Numbered from the stretch's first letter, positions 44,189 to 52,193 are shown. The stretch is DNA of 64,000 nucleotides from Rhodospirillales bacterium (GCA_036393575.1 DASWGT010000086.1:3141-67140), one strand, 5' to 3'. Made by a program: numbers and translations. Notes: generated from the sequence alone by a model not told the origin.

Positions 44189-44563
44189 TCAACTTTTCGA
44201 TTGTGGCAGCAATTTCTGCATTTTGTCGAGCAGTCGCGACAATTCGACCGGCTTGGTATCATAGTCGTCGCACCCCGCCGCCAATGCCTTCTCCCGGTCT
44301 CCGGTCATGGCATGGGCGGTGAGCGCGATGATCGGGATGGCGGCAGTTTCGGCCGCCGATTTCAGCCGCCGCGCCGTCTCCCAGCCGTCGATCCCGGGCA
44401 AGCCCAAGTCCATCAGGATGAGGTCGGGGCCTTCCCGGGTGGCAGTGCTGATGCCCGTTTCGCCGTCGGCGGCGAGCACCAGATCGAAGCCGCGACGCCG
44501 GAGCCGCCGCGCCAGCATATCGCGGTTCATCTCGTTGTCCTCGATGACCAAGACCTTGGCCAT
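44189..44563 (-). CDS. single-domain CheY-like response regulator (canonical)
   Basis: 124 aa. Motifs are VLVIEDNEMNRD, LILMDLGLPGIDGWE, ALTAHAM and KPV. Confidence 0.85.
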   Translation of the reverse strand: MAKVLVIEDNEMNRDMLARRLRRRGFDLVLAADGETGISTATREGPDLILMDLGLPGIDGWETARRLKSAAETAAIPIIALTAHAMTGDREKALAAGCDDYDTKPVELSRLLDKMQKLLPQSKS

Positions 44564-44703
44564 GTATTCCCCCGGAAGGCCCGCCACACGGGCGGCGGGC
44601 GTCAACGGCGATCGCGCCGACGAAAGCGAGAATCGCGGGCCGGCCAAGTATAAAGGGAAACAGCACGATCGGAGAAGATTTCGAATCCGACCGCAGACCG
44701 AAG

Positions 44704-45105
44704 TTACGTCCTGGGCCGCCCCCTTTCCAGCAGCCGTATCATGGCGAGGCGCAGTTCGGCGAGCGGGAAGGGTTTAGGCAAGATGGCGTCGGCCCCGACC
44801 TTGATCGCCGTCTGCAACGCGGCTGCTGCCGACATGTCGGCAAAACCGGCGGAGACGGCGATGATCGGCACCTCGGGTCGCGCCTGGCGCATGGCAATGA
44901 TGGCGTTGATCCCGCCCATGCCCTTCATGAACACGTCGGTGATTACCAGGTCGTATTTTCGGTCCTGGAACATGGCGAGCCCGTCCTCACCGCTGTTTAC
45001 GATGTCGACGTGGTAGCCGACCTTGGTGATGACACGGGCGATTAGCGCCGCGTGGGATTCCACGTCGTCGATGACCAGTACGCTCAACTGCGTCGTGGCC
45101 GGCAA
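44704..45105 (-). CDS. single-domain CheY-like response regulator (GMGGI subtype), tandem paralogue 1
   Basis: 133 aa if it starts at TTG 45105, which is preceded by AGGGGGG with a 5-nt spacer; TTG 45087 is an alternative start. Motifs are VLVIDDVES, VITDVFMKGMGGINAI, VSAG and KPF. The track ORF extension to 45381 is spurious. Confidence 0.7.
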   Translation of the reverse strand: MPATTQLSVLVIDDVESHAALIARVITKVGYHVDIVNSGEDGLAMFQDRKYDLVITDVFMKGMGGINAIIAMRQARPEVPIIAVSAGFADMSAAAALQTAIKVGADAILPKPFPLAELRLAMIRLLERGRPRT

Positions 45106-45203
45106 AGATGCCCCCCTGATCCAGCGGCGCCGCCAATCATAGCAGAATTGACCGGGCCATCGGTGAATCCCGCGAAGATTTCGTATCTGACCGGCACCAG
45201 CGG

Positions 45204-45641
45204 TCACTTCCCGGGATGTCGGCCTTCCAGGAGCCGCGCCATGGTGAGGCGCAGCTCGGCGAGTGGGAACGGCTTCGGCAAGATAGCGTCGGCCCCGACC
45301 TCGCGCGCCGTCTTCAACGCCGCTTCCGCCGACATGTCGGAAAAACCGGCGGAGATGGCGATGATCGACACGTCCGGCCACGATTGACGCATGCCGGCAA
45401 TGGCCTTGATCCCACCCATGCCCTCCATGAATACGTCGGTAATCACCAAGTCGTACTTCCGGTCCCGGAACTTGGCGAGCCCATCCTCTGCACGGTGGAC
45501 GACGTCCACGTGATGGCCATTCTTGGCGATGACGCGGGAGATCAGCGAGGCGTGGGATTCCTCGTCGTCGATCACCAGTACGCTTAATGGCGATGTGGCC
45601 GGCAAGAATATCCCCCTAGACCCTGCGGCGGCGGGGATCAT
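45204..45641 (-). CDS. single-domain CheY-like response regulator (GMGGI subtype), tandem paralogue 2
   Basis: 145 aa from ATG 45641, or 133 aa from TTG 45605, which is homologous to the start proposed for paralogue 1. Motifs are VLVIDDEES, VITDVFMEGMGGIKAI, ISAG and KPF. Confidence 0.75.
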   Translation of the reverse strand: MIPAAAGSRGIFLPATSPLSVLVIDDEESHASLISRVIAKNGHHVDVVHRAEDGLAKFRDRKYDLVITDVFMEGMGGIKAIAGMRQSWPDVSIIAISAGFSDMSAEAALKTAREVGADAILPKPFPLAELRLTMARLLEGRHPGK

Positions 45642-45668
45642 AGCATATTTACCCCGATTGTCGGCGCT

Positions 45669-47051
45669 TCAGCCCCGGAACGTTGCAAACCCCTTGAGAT
45701 CAGCCTGGTCGAACAGGTCGCGGCAGTAGCGCCGGAGCGACTCGGCGCGGGTTTCCGGCCAGCCGCCGAACGCGGCATTGGCGTGGAACTTGGCCGCCAG
45801 CTCGTCGTCGGAAAGAGGTTCCCGCGCGCCGCCCCTGAGATGCGGTTGTGTCGCCTCGCGGCCGCTGCCGTCCTTCAGGGTGACGCTCAGGTGGCCGGTG
45901 TAGTTACGCGGGTATTCGTTGGCCGGGTCGATCCGGTAATGCACCTTTTCGGCCAGCTTGAGCAGCCGCGCATCGGCGATGCGCTGCTCGGTGTATTGGC
46001 CGAGCCCGGCGGCGCCGTCGACGAACGCGATGGCGACCGAGAACGGCACGCTGAACTTGGCCGAGTAGGGCGTGGTGGGGCGCGTCTTTTCGGCGCGCGG
46101 CTCCCACAGGCGGTGCACGGTGCCCTCGCCGACGTCGCAGCGAACTTCGACGATGTCGTCGGCGGCGACGCCGGCGCCCTTGAGCTTCAGCGCCGCGTCG
46201 ATGAACGGCTGGCACATGGTGCCGCAGGCATAGGGCTTGAAGGCGATGCCGGTCATCCGCCAGGTCCGGCCGAGGCCATCGGTAAGCGCGCCGAAGTCGG
46301 GCGCGATTCCTTCACTGCCGAATGCCATGAAGAAGCCGTGCTCGCCTTCGAACACCGTGCGCGGGCCGCGGAACCCGGCGCGCGCCAGCATCGCCGCCCG
46401 GAGTCCGGCTTGCGCCGCCCAGCCGGGATGCAGCCGCTTGGTCCACGCCCCTTCGGCCAGGTACTCGATGATCCCCGATGCCAGGCTGCCGGCGATGCCG
46501 AGCGCGTCGGTGATCTGCCGGGCGTCGAGCCCGAGCGCGGCGCCGGCGCCGGCGGCCGCGCCCATCGCCCCGATCACCGCCGTTGGATGGAAGCCGGCCC
46601 GGTGCTGCGCCGTCGGCGCCACCAGCGCCATCCGGCACATGACCTCGGCCGCCACCGCCATGCCCTTCAACGTGTCGGCGCCCGAGCGGTCTTCCGATTC
46701 GCACGCCGCGATCGCCATCGGCACGGCGACGGCGCCGGTGTGCACCGGCGTGCCCTCGAAGGTGTCATCGAAATCCTCGCCGTGGGCGGCAGTACCATTA
46801 ACGACCGAGGCGCCGGCGGCGTCCAACGCGTCCATGTGGCCGATAGCGGTGGCCTTGCCGGTACCGCCCCAGCCGGCCTTGACCGCGGCGACGTAATTCG
46901 TGCGTCTTGCAGCGACGCACAACCCGGCGACGTCGAGCAGCGAGCGACCGGCGGTCCGTCGCACGGAGTCGGGAAGCAGGCGGGCGTCAAGGCCGGCCGC
47001 CCATTCGGCGATGGTCTCGGCGATGGCGGCGCCCGCCGGCGGGGTGCTCAT
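45669..47051 (-). CDS. MmgE/PrpD family protein (second copy)
   Basis: 460 aa from ATG 47051, whose start overlaps the tctA stop by 4 nt. It has PrpD-family patterns (RSLLDVAGLCVAA, NGTAAHGEDFDDT, GFHPTAVIGAMGAAAGAGA). Confidence 0.85.
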   Translation of the reverse strand: MSTPPAGAAIAETIAEWAAGLDARLLPDSVRRTAGRSLLDVAGLCVAARRTNYVAAVKAGWGGTGKATAIGHMDALDAAGASVVNGTAAHGEDFDDTFEGTPVHTGAVAVPMAIAACESEDRSGADTLKGMAVAAEVMCRMALVAPTAQHRAGFHPTAVIGAMGAAAGAGAALGLDARQITDALGIAGSLASGIIEYLAEGAWTKRLHPGWAAQAGLRAAMLARAGFRGPRTVFEGEHGFFMAFGSEGIAPDFGALTDGLGRTWRMTGIAFKPYACGTMCQPFIDAALKLKGAGVAADDIVEVRCDVGEGTVHRLWEPRAEKTRPTTPYSAKFSVPFSVAIAFVDGAAGLGQYTEQRIADARLLKLAEKVHYRIDPANEYPRNYTGHLSVTLKDGSGREATQPHLRGGAREPLSDDELAAKFHANAAFGGWPETRAESLRRYCRDLFDQADLKGFATFRG

Positions 47052-48544
47052 GGCGCGGGTTCCGACGGCGTGTCGCGGCGTCGGAAGCGCGGCGCCAAGG
47101 CCGGCCACGCCAACCCGACCACCGTGAGCACGAAGAACACGACCACGATCGGACTATCGAAGAAGCGCAGCCAGTCGTTGTCGAACATGATCATCGATTG
47201 CGACAGCCGCTCCTCGACCATGGCGCCGAGGATCAGGCCCATCACCAGCGGCGCCGGGCCGAATCCGTGCCGGTTCATCACGAAGCCGCCGATGCCGGCT
47301 GCCAGCATCACCCACACGTCGAACAGCGAGCCGGAGAACGAGTAGGCGCCGATCATCGAGAACACGAACACCGCCGGCCATAGGAAGGTAGGCGGGATCA
47401 TGGTGATGCGCGAGAACACCTTGGCCCCGGCCAGCCCGATGCCCAGGAAAAGGAAGTTGGCGACCAGCATCGCCCCGAAGATGGCGTAGATGAACTCCGG
47501 CGTCTGCTGCACCAAGTACGGTCCGGGACGGAAGCCGTGCATGATCAGCGCCGCCAGAATCAACGCCGTCGTGCTGCTGCCGGGGATGCCGAGCGCCAGG
47601 GTCGGCACCATGGCGCCGCCAGTGGCGGCGTTATTGGCGGCCTCGGGTCCGGCGACGCCCTCGATGGCGCCGTGGCCGAACTCGCCTTTGTGCTTGGACC
47701 AGCGCTTGGCTTCGTTGTAGCCGATGATTGCCGCCACGGTCGAACCCTCGGCCGGCAGGATGCCGATGAAGGTGCCGATCACGGATGACCGGAGGATGGT
47801 GCCGCGGACCTTGCGGAAATCGTCGCGGCTGGGAAGCCGGATCACCACCGAGGTGATGCGCTCGTAGAGTACGTTCAGAGTGCGCGACTGGCTCAACAGC
47901 TCGGACATCGCGAACAAGCCGATCAGCACCGGCACGAAGTGCACGCCGTCGGCAAGCTCCGGAACCCCGAAAGTGAATCGCTGCACGCCGGTGGTCAGGT
48001 GGATGCCGGCGGTCCCGATCAGCACGCCGACTGCGCCGGCGATCAGGTTGCGCACCGGCGAGCGGCCGCTGACCGTCGCCAGCATGGACAGCGCGAACAC
48101 TGCCAGCGCGAAATACTCCGGCGGCCGGAAGCTCAACGCCACCTCGGCCAGCCACGGCGTCGCCAGCAGGAACACCAACAGGCTGAAGACGCCGCCGATG
48201 ACGCTCGCCACCGCCGCCATGCCGAGCGCCCGGCCGGCCTCGCCTTTCTTGGCCATCGGATAGCCATCGAAGGCGGTCGCCACCGCCGGCGGCGCACCGG
48301 GAGCATTGATCAGGATGGCGGTGATCGAGCCGCCGAAGGTGCCGGCGCAATAGAGCGCCGCCAGCATCGAGATCGCCGGCACCGGATCCAGCGTCACTGT
48401 GAACGGCAGCAGCAGGGCGACCGCCATCGGCGAGCTCAGGCCCGGCAACGCGCCGACGACGACACCGACCAGCACGCCGGCCAGGATCAGCGCCAGGTTC
48501 ACCGGCTGGGCGACGAGCATAAGGCCGTGCAGGATCGGGTCCAT
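47048..48544 (-). CDS. tctA: TTT large permease subunit, TctA family (second system)
   Basis: 498 aa. TctA motifs are GALPGLSSPMAVALLLP, NAPGAPPAVATAFDGYPMAKKG and EAANNAATGGAMVPTLALGIPG. Confidence 0.9.
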   Translation of the reverse strand: MDPILHGLMLVAQPVNLALILAGVLVGVVVGALPGLSSPMAVALLLPFTVTLDPVPAISMLAALYCAGTFGGSITAILINAPGAPPAVATAFDGYPMAKKGEAGRALGMAAVASVIGGVFSLLVFLLATPWLAEVALSFRPPEYFALAVFALSMLATVSGRSPVRNLIAGAVGVLIGTAGIHLTTGVQRFTFGVPELADGVHFVPVLIGLFAMSELLSQSRTLNVLYERITSVVIRLPSRDDFRKVRGTILRSSVIGTFIGILPAEGSTVAAIIGYNEAKRWSKHKGEFGHGAIEGVAGPEAANNAATGGAMVPTLALGIPGSSTTALILAALIMHGFRPGPYLVQQTPEFIYAIFGAMLVANFLFLGIGLAGAKVFSRITMIPPTFLWPAVFVFSMIGAYSFSGSLFDVWVMLAAGIGGFVMNRHGFGPAPLVMGLILGAMVEERLSQSMIMFDNDWLRFFDSPIVVVFFVLTVVGLAWPALAPRFRRRDTPSEPAP

Positions 48545-48553
48545 CGCGCGGCT

Positions 48554-49078
48554 TCAGTTGACGCCGAGCAGCGGTGCCAACAGGCCCGGCTCGAACGGCA
48601 CCTTCAACAGGCCCGAAAATACCAGCGCCACCGCGCCCGGAAACAGCAGCGCGAACGGGATCACCCGCATCGCCCGCCGCTCGCCCCACAGTGCCGGCAA
48701 CAGCAGGCAGGCAAGCACCATCGACGCCAGGGTGCCGACCCAGGCCGTCGACGCCGCCACCGCCACCAGCAGCGCCGCCGTCATCCAGGTCATCGCCGGC
48801 AGCGGCGCCGTTTTCCGTTTCGCACCGCCGTGGCGTTTTAGGATCAACGGCTCAAACGGCAGGACCAGGGCCAGCACGACGATGGTAGCGAGCACCAGCC
48901 GGGGGAAGAACTCAGGCGGAATGTTCTGTGCCAGCAGCGTCGGCACCGATTCGAAGGTAGTGGTCTCCAGCCACAGCGCCAGGGCGACGGCGATGATGAT
49001 CAGCGTCACCCTGATATCCGTTCTCGTCGCGGGCTCGGATTCGCCGTTGCGGCCGCCGTTTCCGGGGATGCTGGTCAT
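48554..49078 (-). CDS. tctB: TTT small membrane subunit, TctB family (second system)
   Basis: A 174-aa 4-TM protein between tctC and tctA. Confidence 0.7.
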   Translation of the reverse strand: MTSIPGNGGRNGESEPATRTDIRVTLIIIAVALALWLETTTFESVPTLLAQNIPPEFFPRLVLATIVVLALVLPFEPLILKRHGGAKRKTAPLPAMTWMTAALLVAVAASTAWVGTLASMVLACLLLPALWGERRAMRVIPFALLFPGAVALVFSGLLKVPFEPGLLAPLLGVN

Positions 49079-49097
49079 GGCGTTGCGGCCGCATCCG

Positions 49098-50078
49098 TCA
49101 CTTGAGCAAGCCCAACGACTTCAGGGTCTCCCGGGCAGCCGCGTACTCTTCCTTGATCTGGTGGTCCCAGACGTCGTGGCCGGCGACGTTGGTCCCGGCA
49201 TCGAGGCCGACGCCCTTCAGGTAGTTGGCGAACGCTGGCTCGCGCATGGCGGCGACAAAGGCTTTCGACAACGCCTCGACGCGCTCGGGAGGCGTGCCCT
49301 TCAGCACCCAATAGCCGCGGGTGGTCGAGGTCTTGATCTTGTAGCCGAGCTCGAAGGTCGACGGCACGTCGGCGAACTCTGGCAGACGTTTCTCCGCCAT
49401 CACCGCCAACGCCCGCATGGTGCCGTCCTTGATCTGCTGGCCGCCTTCGCTGACGTTGGGGAGTGTCGCGTCAATGGCGCCCGACATCAGCGCCTGTACC
49501 ATCTGCGCGCCGGAGCCGAACGGCACCACCTTGAACTTGATGCCGGCCGCGGTCGCGAACTGGGCGAGACCGATGTGCTCGGTGCCGCCGACGTTGGCGA
49601 TGCCCCAGTTGAGTGCGTTCGTCCTCGAGGCTTCGATCAGCGCCGCCAGCGTCTTATGGAGGCTGGTCTTGGCGACGGCGACGAAGGTGGGGTCGTCCAT
49701 GGCGCGGGCGACGCCGACCACGTCGTCGATCGTCAGAGGCGAGCCGCCGCGGGCGATGGTGTAAAGGTGCGTCTGCGTCATCGCCAGCACGGTGTGGCCG
49801 TCGCGCGGCTTGCTCATCGCGTACTGGTGCACCTTAGAACCGCCGCCGCCGCGCTTGGCGACGACGGTGAAATCGGCGCCGAGGATGCGCTTGGCGCCGA
49901 CGATCATCATCCGCGCCGTGGTGTCGGTGCCGCCGCCGTACTTGGAATGGATCACCACCTCGATCGGCTTAGCCGGGAATTTCTCGGCCGCCGCGACGGC
50001 GACGGCCGCCAACGCCAAAAGGGCGGCCGATGCCGCCCGGACGATACGCCGGCAGGGCCGCCGCGCACGATCGATCAT
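49098..50078 (-). CDS. tctC: TTT substrate-binding protein, TctC/Bug family (second system)
   Basis: 326 aa from ATG 50078, with signal peptide RRIVRAASAALLALAAVAVAAA. It has the Bug-family pattern FPAKPIEVVIHSKYGGGTDTTARM. Confidence 0.85.
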   Translation of the reverse strand: MIDRARRPCRRIVRAASAALLALAAVAVAAAEKFPAKPIEVVIHSKYGGGTDTTARMMIVGAKRILGADFTVVAKRGGGGSKVHQYAMSKPRDGHTVLAMTQTHLYTIARGGSPLTIDDVVGVARAMDDPTFVAVAKTSLHKTLAALIEASRTNALNWGIANVGGTEHIGLAQFATAAGIKFKVVPFGSGAQMVQALMSGAIDATLPNVSEGGQQIKDGTMRALAVMAEKRLPEFADVPSTFELGYKIKTSTTRGYWVLKGTPPERVEALSKAFVAAMREPAFANYLKGVGLDAGTNVAGHDVWDHQIKEEYAAARETLKSLGLLK

Positions 50079-50407
50079 CTGGACCCCTCCCGAAAGGGGC
50101 CGTTCGATCGCCGCCCCTTGGCGAAAAGGTGGGGCCGTCCCGCGTCGGCTGTCAACCGTTAACCCCGGCGCCCTTGTTGCCTGCGAATCCTGCATTTCCG
50201 GGGATTGCGAATCGGCCGCTGCAAAACCGCCGCCAGCGCTCCGCAGAAGCCCAGCGGCGCCTCGGCCATCCAGACAAAATAACTTGTTTTTCAATAGGTT
50301 AGGTTATGTGACCGGCATCACTTCCGGCCGCGTCGGCATCGGGTATTGTCGCCTCCAACATTCGCGGGTTGACTGCCCCGAAGACACACCCAGACGGGCA
50401 GTCCGGT

Positions 50408-50498
50408 TTCCCTCGAAAAGGCAAACCATCGGAAACGATGGGACGCAATACCACCGGCCTAAGGCCACTGGCTATGGCAGCGGGGTTGCCGAAAGGAG
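50408..50498 (+). promoter_or_regulatory. cyclic-di-GMP-I (GEMM-I) riboswitch-like aptamer
   Basis: The RNA reads GGCAAACC AUCG GAAA CGAU GGGACGCAAUACCACCGGCCUAAGGCCACUGGCUAUGGCAGCGGGGUUGCCGAAAGG. It has a GAAA-capped perfect hairpin, both tetraloop-receptor halves (CCUAAG and UAUGG), and the junction blocks conserved in GEMM-I. It is near-collinear with the V. cholerae Vc2 aptamer as I remember it. The boundaries are approximate. Confidence 0.8.
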
Positions 50499-50506
50499 AA
50501 ACGAAA

Positions 50507-50665
50507 ATGTTCTACATCTTCAAGTCGATCATTGACGGGCTCTGGGGCTTCTGGAGTGGGATTTTCGCGCCCCTGCCCTACGGCAACCCTTACATCGCGA
50601 CCGTCATGCTGTTCGTAGCGGTTGCCGTCGTCTGCAAACTGCTCAGTGGAAGAGGGACCACCTAA
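50507..50665 (+). CDS. hypothetical 52-aa membrane peptide (riboswitch-proximal micro-ORF)
   Basis: ATG 50507 lies 8 nt after AAGGAG. The product is MFYIFKSIIDGLWGFWSGIFAPLPYGNPYIATVMLFVAVAVVCKLLSGRGTT, with one TM helix. Its TAA overlaps the next ATG (TAATG). Confidence 0.5.
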   Translation: MFYIFKSIIDGLWGFWSGIFAPLPYGNPYIATVMLFVAVAVVCKLLSGRGTT

Positions 50666-50970
50666 TGACAAAAGCAATGTGTGCACCGGAACGGCGGCAA
50701 AACGAGCGGTTTCCGTTGACTCTCAAGGCCGAGGTCAGTTTCGGAGAAGGCGAGCTCGACGCGAAAATCTACGACCTGTCGTCTTCGGGGGCGAAGCTGC
50801 GCCTTAAGAAGAACCTGCTGAAGAGCATCTTGCTCAGCATACCGCCGTTCGGCGTGTTCGAAGGCGAAGTCGCTTGGACCGATGAAGAATTCATCGGCAT
50901 CAAGTTCAACGAGGATCACAAGGCGATCATCAACCTGATCCTCGAGCACGTGGCCGGGACCGCTCCCTGA
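50665..50970 (+). CDS. stand-alone PilZ domain protein (paralogue of 6160-6492)
   Basis: 101 aa. It carries RxxxR (RQNER) and DxSxxG (DLSSSG), and shares the C-terminal block LSIPPFGVFEGEVAWTDEEFIGIKF with the other PilZ gene. Confidence 0.75.
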   Translation: MTKAMCAPERRQNERFPLTLKAEVSFGEGELDAKIYDLSSSGAKLRLKKNLLKSILLSIPPFGVFEGEVAWTDEEFIGIKFNEDHKAIINLILEHVAGTAP

Positions 50971-50993
50971 TCCCTGCTCCCGGCCCGGGCTCT

Positions 50994-51056
50994 CGTGCCG
51001 GAATCCACGGGGCCGGCACGATAAGGCGGCGGCGGTACCTCCCAACCGCCGCCGCC
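50994..51056 (+). terminator. two consecutive GC-rich hairpins downstream of the PilZ gene (possible intrinsic terminator without a U-tract)
   Basis: Hairpin 1 is CGTGCCGG (50994-51001) paired with CCGGCACG (51013-51020). Hairpin 2 is a perfect 11-bp stem, GGCGGCGGCGG (51025-51035) paired with CCGCCGCCGCC (51046-51056). No T-run follows. Confidence 0.35.
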
Positions 51057-51188
51057 GAGCCCGCGTCGGTCGCCTGATCGCGAAACCGGAGGATACCGGC
51101 GCTCCGACGCGCCCGGCTGTCCTCGCATGGCAGGAGAGGAAACCCTATAATCGCGGTTGCACGCCCGCACGCGGGCCGCATCCATCGG

Positions 51189-52172
51189 ATGGTCATGAGT
51201 CATCGCGATAATTTGCAACCGCTCGACGAGCAAGGGAATGACGGCAGCACGCCCTCCTGGGACGGATTCGAGGCGCCGCTCCGTTACGACTGGCACGACA
51301 TCGTCTTCTTCCTGGAGTTGGTCCGCCACGGCCAGCTCGTCGGCGCGGCCAAGCGCCTGAAGGTCAATCACACGACCGTGAGCCGCCGCATCCGAGAGCT
51401 CGAGCGCTCCCTGAAGACCAAGCTGTTCAGCCGCACCAAATCCGGGTTCGTACTGACGGAAGCGGGATTGAAGATACTCGAACATGCCGAAGCCATGGAG
51501 TACCAGGCGAACTCCATCGCCCAGGCGGTCGGCATCGAGGGCGAGGAAGCCGGCGGCGCTGTGCGCATTGCCACCATGGAAGGAATCGGTAGCTTCTATC
51601 TGGGGCCGCGCATCAAGCGGTTCCACGACCTTCACCCGGCCGTCCTGATCGAGTTGGTGACGTCGTCCGGACTGATCAATCTGTCGCGGCGCGAGGCCGA
51701 CATTTTCATCAGCTTCCCGCGCCCGGCGGAGCGCCGGCTGTCGGTTCGCAAGATCGGAGAATTCCAGGTCGGGCTGTTCGCGTCATCGGCCTATCTGGGG
51801 CGCCGCGGCGTGCCGGAACGGAAGGCGGAACTGGAGGGGCACGATTTCGTCGACTACATCGACGATATGATCCAAATCCAGGCCGTCCGCTGGCTGACCG
51901 ACGTGGTGGTGCCGCGCAACGTGGTGTTCCGCTCGACCAGCCTGATCGCCCAGTACACCAGCGCTTCCATGGGACTGGGGATCGCCATGCTGCCGACCTT
52001 CGTCGCCGCCCATAATCCGGATCTGAAGCGGGTGCTGCCGAAGCTGTCTGCGACCCGCGACATCTGGCTGTCGGTGCATGAGGACCTGCTGCACACCTCG
52101 AAGATCAACGCCGTCATCCGCTTCATCACCGACCAGGTGCGCCGCGACCAGGATTTCCTGCTCGGCCAATGA
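51189..52172 (+). CDS. LysR family transcriptional regulator
   Basis: 327 aa. The N-terminal wHTH is FFLELVRHGQLVGAAKRLKVNHTTVSRRIRELERSLKTKLFSRTKSGFVLTEAG, followed by a LysR substrate-binding domain of typical length. Confidence 0.9.
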   Translation: MVMSHRDNLQPLDEQGNDGSTPSWDGFEAPLRYDWHDIVFFLELVRHGQLVGAAKRLKVNHTTVSRRIRELERSLKTKLFSRTKSGFVLTEAGLKILEHAEAMEYQANSIAQAVGIEGEEAGGAVRIATMEGIGSFYLGPRIKRFHDLHPAVLIELVTSSGLINLSRREADIFISFPRPAERRLSVRKIGEFQVGLFASSAYLGRRGVPERKAELEGHDFVDYIDDMIQIQAVRWLTDVVVPRNVVFRSTSLIAQYTSASMGLGIAMLPTFVAAHNPDLKRVLPKLSATRDIWLSVHEDLLHTSKINAVIRFITDQVRRDQDFLLGQ

Positions 52173-52193
52173 AGGTCGAGCGGCCCAAACATG

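Noticed and set aside
50079-50407. The long leader between tctC and the riboswitch, as a possible additional sRNA or mobile remnant (short direct repeat TGCGAATC x2 near 50195-50230, small hairpins, AT-rich patch near 50270-50315).
   Set aside because: The repeats and stems are only 5-8 nt and I recognise no RNA family. The AT-rich patch is more simply the divergent promoter region. It is left unannotated.
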